From: an uncultured bacterium | Lineage (GTDB): Bacteria > SAR324 > NAC60-12 | NCBI GenBank assembly: GCA_965662235.1 | Contig: CBFIGY010000001.1 | Coordinates: 224,001 to 288,000, forward strand | DNA: 64,000 nucleotides | Direction: 5' to 3' | Part shown: positions 59,891 through 64,000 of the stretch, one piece after another | Layout: the number at the start of each line of letters is the position of its first letter | Numbering within the stretch: position 1 is the first letter of the stretch | Position numbers and translations under genes: made by a program | The notes under the pieces: generated by a model | The model's input: the letters and a program-made list of their open reading frames with translations, nothing else | The model's database searches: none | Told to the model about the DNA's origin: nothing

Positions 59891-60026
59891 AAGGATCGTC
59901 CAGCGACTGGTCGATCTCCTGCAGTTTCTGAGATGCCTCCTGAAACTTTTTTTCAGAGCGACGCTGTTCCCAGATCCCCAACAGCATCATGGCCCCGAAA
60001 GCCATCAGGAGCAGAACCAAGCCCAT
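59856..60026 (-). CDS. Small single-TM hypothetical protein
   Basis: MGLVLLLMAFGAMMLLGIW followed by a charged tail; GGAG upstream; 2 bp after the 88-aa gene. Confidence 0.5.
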   Translation of the reverse strand: MGLVLLLMAFGAMMLLGIWEQRRSEKKFQEASQKLQEIDQSLDDPSSSDATPSSGT

Positions 60027-60028
60027 TG

Positions 60029-60295
60029 TCACTTCCTCCGACTTTGCCAGGCCGCCCAACCACGTAGGACGACCTCGATTCCCAGCAGCAGTCCCAGACC
60101 GACTACCACCGAAAGCACTGCCACCTCTTCCCGCTCCCACCCAAGGGACCAGAGAATCATGGCAGACACATAGACCGACCCCACCACCAAGATGATCACG
60201 TCCACAAGCCGGGAAAAGCGTTCCTTCCACCCGCGCTTGCGCCACATCCAACGCAGCCCCCAGAGGAGCAGAATTGGAATCAACAGCTTAAGCAT
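60029..60295 (-). CDS. Small 3-TM hypothetical membrane protein
   Basis: Three hydrophobic segments separated by basic loops. Confidence 0.6.
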   Translation of the reverse strand: MLKLLIPILLLWGLRWMWRKRGWKERFSRLVDVIILVVGSVYVSAMILWSLGWEREEVAVLSVVVGLGLLLGIEVVLRGWAAWQSRRK

Positions 60296-60385
60296 GCGTG
60301 CTTTGCTGTTTGAGATTTTCGGAATTCCGTGGAATCATCCCTTTATTCAAACAGTTCCCTCTCAACAGAGCCTTGGACCAAACGC

Positions 60386-60592
60386 ATGAACGCCACCATC
60401 CTCAATGACGCCATCCGCCTCATCAGTCACGAAATGACCAAGCGGGGCAACAAGCCCTTTGACAACGAACTCATCACCGCACAGCTGGAACGCGTGGAGA
60501 CCCACCTGAGCAAGGACCACCGCAACGGGTTGATCACCATGTTTCACCTGAATGAGCCGAATGTCGATGGCGCCTGCTGGGAGCAGATCTAG
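60386..60592 (+). CDS. Hypothetical 68-aa protein
   Basis: ATG ORF MNATILNDAIRLISHE... with high GC3 codon usage. Confidence 0.6.
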   Translation: MNATILNDAIRLISHEMTKRGNKPFDNELITAQLERVETHLSKDHRNGLITMFHLNEPNVDGACWEQI

Positions 60593-60894
60593 TCCTTCTG
60601 AGTCAGCCCCATGAAGCGGTCCTCCAAGGAGTTCACCTCCACAATCCGGGCCGCCAGCAGTCCGTTTTCCTTGGTGACGGTCTCAGCAGAGGCAATCTGA
60701 CGCTCGTTGACCAGCAGCTCCAACTGAGACTGATTGGGGGCATCCAGCTGGATCACTGACCCCTGTCCTAGGTTCAGGATGCTGCCGATCTCCATGTCGC
60801 ACCGCCCCAGCACCAAGCGAACGGTGAGGGGCATATCCATCAACCGACCGAGCTTTCCACTGAGGCCGGATCCTTTTTTTGACTTCTGACTCAC
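60589..60894 (-). CDS. fliN: FliN/SpoA-domain flagellar switch protein
   Basis: LMDMPLTVRLVLGR, ILNLGQGSVIQLD, LLVN and ARIVEV; GTG start inferred. Confidence 0.75.
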   Translation of the reverse strand: MSQKSKKGSGLSGKLGRLMDMPLTVRLVLGRCDMEIGSILNLGQGSVIQLDAPNQSQLELLVNERQIASAETVTKENGLLAARIVEVNSLEDRFMGLTQKD

Positions 60895-61002
60895 ACGTCC
60901 CTGTAGAAAAAAGTAGCGAAGTTCAAAGAGATTTGGTACTCTTAGCCGTTTCTCACAAGCATAACGTTTAGTCTCTGAAGAACAAGCAGAAATAAAGGCG
61001 CC

Positions 61003-61149
61003 ATGTCCCCGAAGCAAAAGACCGAGCTGCAGCGTAAAAAGAAAGACCGCCCGAACAAGGCCAACTGCAAGAAGCGCGAGCAGCAGAACCGAGCGAACCT
61101 CCTGATCATCCGGGAGCTGAACTCGGACGCCAGCCAAGCCGATGCCTGA
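61003..61149 (+). CDS. Small Lys/Arg-rich protein, 48 aa (not in the ORF track)
   Basis: MSPKQKTELQRKKKDRPNKANCKKREQQNRANLLIIRELNSDASQADA; AAAGG upstream; stop overlaps the xth ATG (ATGCCTGA). Confidence 0.65.
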   Translation: MSPKQKTELQRKKKDRPNKANCKKREQQNRANLLIIRELNSDASQADA

Positions 61150-62173
61150 GCGGCACTCGCCGGATTCTCCACTCAAGCAACGACTCCGGGAGGGCGCTTC
61201 GCTGTCCTCCCTCTTCTCCCAGTTCCCCCAGGCTCAGCTCATCCCTGAACTTTACGAAGGGTGGCGCCAGGGAACCCTGACCGTCCTCCGCACCTGGGGC
61301 ACCTCTGAACCCACGCCAGTTCCCTACCGCATGGAAGCATGCCTGCTGCCCAGTGACCAGCTCACCTGGCAAGCAGCTCCCACGGTTCCGGAACGGCTGA
61401 CGCTCGTCACCTGGAACGTCAACTCCGTCCGGACGCGGCTCCCGCTCCTGCAAGCCTTCCTTAAGGAGCAGAACCCAGACGTCCTTTGCCTCCAGGAGAC
61501 CAAGACCCTTGACGACCGCTTTCCCTACCGAGAGCTGGAAGCCCTAGGCTACCGGAGCATCCATTATGGCCAGAAGACCTACAACGGCGTGGCCATTTTG
61601 ACCAAGCATCCGCTTCAGGAAGAAGCCACAGGCTTTCGCAACGGGTGGGACCCGGAAAATGCTCGCCTCATCATGGCGACCATCGCCGGGCTCCGGATTG
61701 TGAACGTGTACGTTCCTCAAGGAAGCCAGGTTGGATCAGAGAAATTTCATTACAAACTTGAGTTTCTGGAGCAATTGCGCGAAGAGTTGAAGCAACAACT
61801 TCACGACTACAAGAACGTGGTGGTGGTGGGAGACCTCAACATCGCCCCGGAGGCTCGTGATGTGGTTTCCGCCGAAGACATGAAGGATCAGGTGAGTTTT
61901 CACCCTGAAGAGCACCAGCGCTTTGCAAACCTGCTGAACCTGGGACTTGTCGACCTCTTCCGGACCGTTGAGCCTGGAATTGCCCTCTACAGCTGGTGGG
62001 ACTTCCGGACCCGTGGGTTTGAACGAGGAGATGGCATGCGGATTGATCACATCCTTGGAAGCGCCTCTCTTGCTCCTCAGGTAGAGACGTGCTGGATTGA
62101 TCTGGAAAACCGGGCTCAGCCCAAACCCTCAGACCATGCGCCCGTCCTGTGTTCCCTTAAACGGCCAAGCTAA
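61142..62173 (+). CDS. xth: Exodeoxyribonuclease III with an N-terminal extension
   Basis: TWNVNS, LCLQETK, YNGVAIL, GDLNIAP, YSWWDFR, RIDH and SDHAPV. Confidence 0.93.
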   Translation: MPERHSPDSPLKQRLREGASLSSLFSQFPQAQLIPELYEGWRQGTLTVLRTWGTSEPTPVPYRMEACLLPSDQLTWQAAPTVPERLTLVTWNVNSVRTRLPLLQAFLKEQNPDVLCLQETKTLDDRFPYRELEALGYRSIHYGQKTYNGVAILTKHPLQEEATGFRNGWDPENARLIMATIAGLRIVNVYVPQGSQVGSEKFHYKLEFLEQLREELKQQLHDYKNVVVVGDLNIAPEARDVVSAEDMKDQVSFHPEEHQRFANLLNLGLVDLFRTVEPGIALYSWWDFRTRGFERGDGMRIDHILGSASLAPQVETCWIDLENRAQPKPSDHAPVLCSLKRPS

Positions 62174-62485
62174 ATGATGTCCTCAACCAAGAAAGCCCTC
62201 GCTGTTTTTCTCATCAGTTGCTCACTTTTTGCATGGACCGCTTCACCTGTTTTGGCGGCTCCGGGCGATCGTCCGGGGGCCATGGCAATGGTGGTGGATG
62301 TTCCGCTTCGGGTGCTGAGCCTGGGACTTTCCTTTGTCACGTCAGCCGTGTTTGTGGTTGCTCTCCCCTTTGCCTTCACCTCAGGAAGTACCGAAAGTGC
62401 TTGGGACACGCTAGTTGCCGAGCCCTTTGAGTTTACTTTCACTCGTCCTCTGGGTCAGTTTGACGACTGGCGCGAGAAAAACTGA
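62174..62485 (+). CDS. Small exported/membrane hypothetical protein
   Basis: Signal peptide, D...R.L, ALPF and LV.EP..FTFTRPLG pattern. Confidence 0.7.
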   Translation: MMSSTKKALAVFLISCSLFAWTASPVLAAPGDRPGAMAMVVDVPLRVLSLGLSFVTSAVFVVALPFAFTSGSTESAWDTLVAEPFEFTFTRPLGQFDDWREKN

Positions 62486-62502
62486 TTTTTAAAAAGGTCA
62501 CC

Positions 62503-63030
62503 ATGCGTATCTTCGCAAAAGCCCTCACCGTCGTTTTCGGAAGCCTCCTGATCGCTTCCACGGCCTCTGCCGAGCTTTTCTCCGTCAGCTTGGGAATTCC
62601 TGTCAGCCACACCTTCAGCGAAGAAGGGCTTGAATCCGATGGCACCAGCGGAGTGTTTGCCGCCGTCAAGCTTCCGATTCTGGTGGGTCTGGGTGTGGAA
62701 AACTACAGCACCGACATCAAGGGTCAGAGTCAGGACGTGAAGCTCAACACCACCATGTATGACGTCTTCTACCTACTCCCGATCCCCATCATCAACTTCA
62801 CCCTCGGGGTCGGCCTAGGCAACACCGAATTCGACTGTGCCGGGTGCTCTAGCATTTATGACACGGGAACGGCCACCCAGTGGTACGGAAGCCTGGGCTT
62901 CCCCTTCCTTGGGATTGCAGACCTGCACGTGAGCTACCGCTCTGTCAGCTCCAAGATCAAAAAGACTGATGGTACTGAGACAGACGTCAGTGGTACCGTC
63001 ACCGGAATTGGCGTCAGCGTCGGATTTTAA
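62503..63030 (+). CDS. Small outer-membrane beta-barrel protein
   Basis: Signal peptide ending ASA, amphipathic strands, C-terminal GVSVGF. Confidence 0.75.
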   Translation: MRIFAKALTVVFGSLLIASTASAELFSVSLGIPVSHTFSEEGLESDGTSGVFAAVKLPILVGLGVENYSTDIKGQSQDVKLNTTMYDVFYLLPIPIINFTLGVGLGNTEFDCAGCSSIYDTGTATQWYGSLGFPFLGIADLHVSYRSVSSKIKKTDGTETDVSGTVTGIGVSVGF

Positions 63031-63042
63031 TCAGGTTTGATC

Positions 63043-63654
63043 ATGAAACAGCTCAAGAAACTGGTCCTGATTGGCTTTGGGCTGCTGATGGGAGGAATCG
63101 CTCACGCTCAGTTCATTGGCATCAGTGTCGATGGAGCCATTGGCTACACCGCTACCGAGAGCACGGTTTCAGGCGGAAGTGTTGACATCTCACACCCGCT
63201 TCCCTTTGTTCCCAACTTCGGTTACAGCGCCTTGAGCTTCATTGAAGAGGTCAACCTGTTGCCCAGCACCGGAAGTGAGAGCCTCAGCTCCAAAACCACG
63301 ATGACGCTGCAGAGCTACCACCTCTTTTACCACGTTCCGTTTCCTGTCGTTTCCATGGCCCTTGGCTTTGGGCTGGGCAGCGCGAACATCAAGAGCGAGA
63401 TGTCCACAACGGTGTCCGGAGTCAGTGTTGCCGATGAAGCCACTCAGGTGGTTCCTGTCAGCGAAGGCTTCATTCACATCGGCCTTCCGTTCTGGAGCAT
63501 TCTGGAGTTCCACATCGGCTACCACGCCTTCTCCATGTCCAAAGTTGACGTGACCAAGAACATCGACTTTGCTCCGTCTCTGAGCAACTACACGATTGAG
63601 GAGAAGAACTACATCGGTGGCATGACCACAGTGGGCCTGCAGATCGCCTTTTGA
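63043..63654 (+). CDS. Small outer-membrane beta-barrel protein (divergent paralog of the preceding gene)
   Basis: Signal peptide ending AHA, C-terminal GLQIAF, shared P.P/G.PF/H..Y motifs. Confidence 0.72.
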   Translation: MKQLKKLVLIGFGLLMGGIAHAQFIGISVDGAIGYTATESTVSGGSVDISHPLPFVPNFGYSALSFIEEVNLLPSTGSESLSSKTTMTLQSYHLFYHVPFPVVSMALGFGLGSANIKSEMSTTVSGVSVADEATQVVPVSEGFIHIGLPFWSILEFHIGYHAFSMSKVDVTKNIDFAPSLSNYTIEEKNYIGGMTTVGLQIAF

Positions 63655-64000
63655 GTGCTCCCCTCCCCTTTTCCAGCAACGGTTGGATTTCACGTCCAAC
63701 CGTGCTCTTCCCCTTTCGTTAGCCTCCCGGAAGAAGTTCAATCCATTTCGCACGTTCGTTCGGAAAGCCGCCGACAGGAGTTTCTGGCAGGACGCGCCTG
63801 TGTCCATCGCGCCTTCGAACAGATCGGACACCCGGTGGTTCCTCTCCCATACGATCCTTCCACACGCATCCCTTGTTGGCCTCCGGAGGTCCGGGGCAGC
63901 CTCTCGCACTCTGGCGGAGTCGCAGTCGCCGCAGTCGCTTGGTCCCGGGAGTGCTGGGGGATTGGGCTTGATCTCGAGTTTCTCCCCCGGACTGTTCACT
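63655..64000 (+). CDS. 4'-phosphopantetheinyl transferase (EntD/Sfp-like), 5' part; runs off the window end
   Basis: Manual translation from GTG 63655: ...RRQEFLAGRACVHRA...PCWPPEVRGSLSHS...IGLDLE. Confidence 0.88.
   Translation, partial: MLPSPFPATVGFHVQPCSSPFVSLPEEVQSISHVRSESRRQEFLAGRACVHRAFEQIGHPVVPLPYDPSTRIPCWPPEVRGSLSHSGGVAVAAVAWSRECWGIGLDLEFLPRTVH

Overview
This is a 64 kb, roughly 60% GC stretch of core bacterial chromosome. Gene content suggests a Gram-negative, flagellated deltaproteobacteria-like organism, possibly the SAR324 clade (inference only). It holds about 60 tightly packed genes, including menB-menD-menF, fliG, carA, aroB, cyaY, rlmE and a long minus-strand run recA-selU-TPR-cmk-glmU-like-glmS-glmM-like-radC-like. 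Further genes are uxs, a membrane J-domain protein, a two-component pair, cca, smpB, dprA, ribF, hldE, glyA, pheA, rpmB, mazG, rodZ, kdsA, psuG, azlCD, glnE, recN, parC, serA, a small-ORF patch, fliN, xth, two beta-barrels and a partial PPTase. I saw no rRNA, tRNA, CRISPR array, IS element or prophage. Two near-perfect parS sites suggest an origin-proximal location. The most unusual signals are: (1) the palindrome TCCGGA iterated about 10-20 fold above expectation in all reading frames, like cyanobacterial HIP1; (2) a RadC JAB domain fused to an apparently inactive MutY/EndoIII-like Fe-S domain, probably with an ATT start and a 16-bp palindrome upstream; (3) an archaeal-type GlmU with degenerate active sites and an archaeal-type SHMT; (4) a stand-alone NAD-ligase Ia domain divergent from a Nudix gene; (5) an uncalled 48-aa basic ORF.
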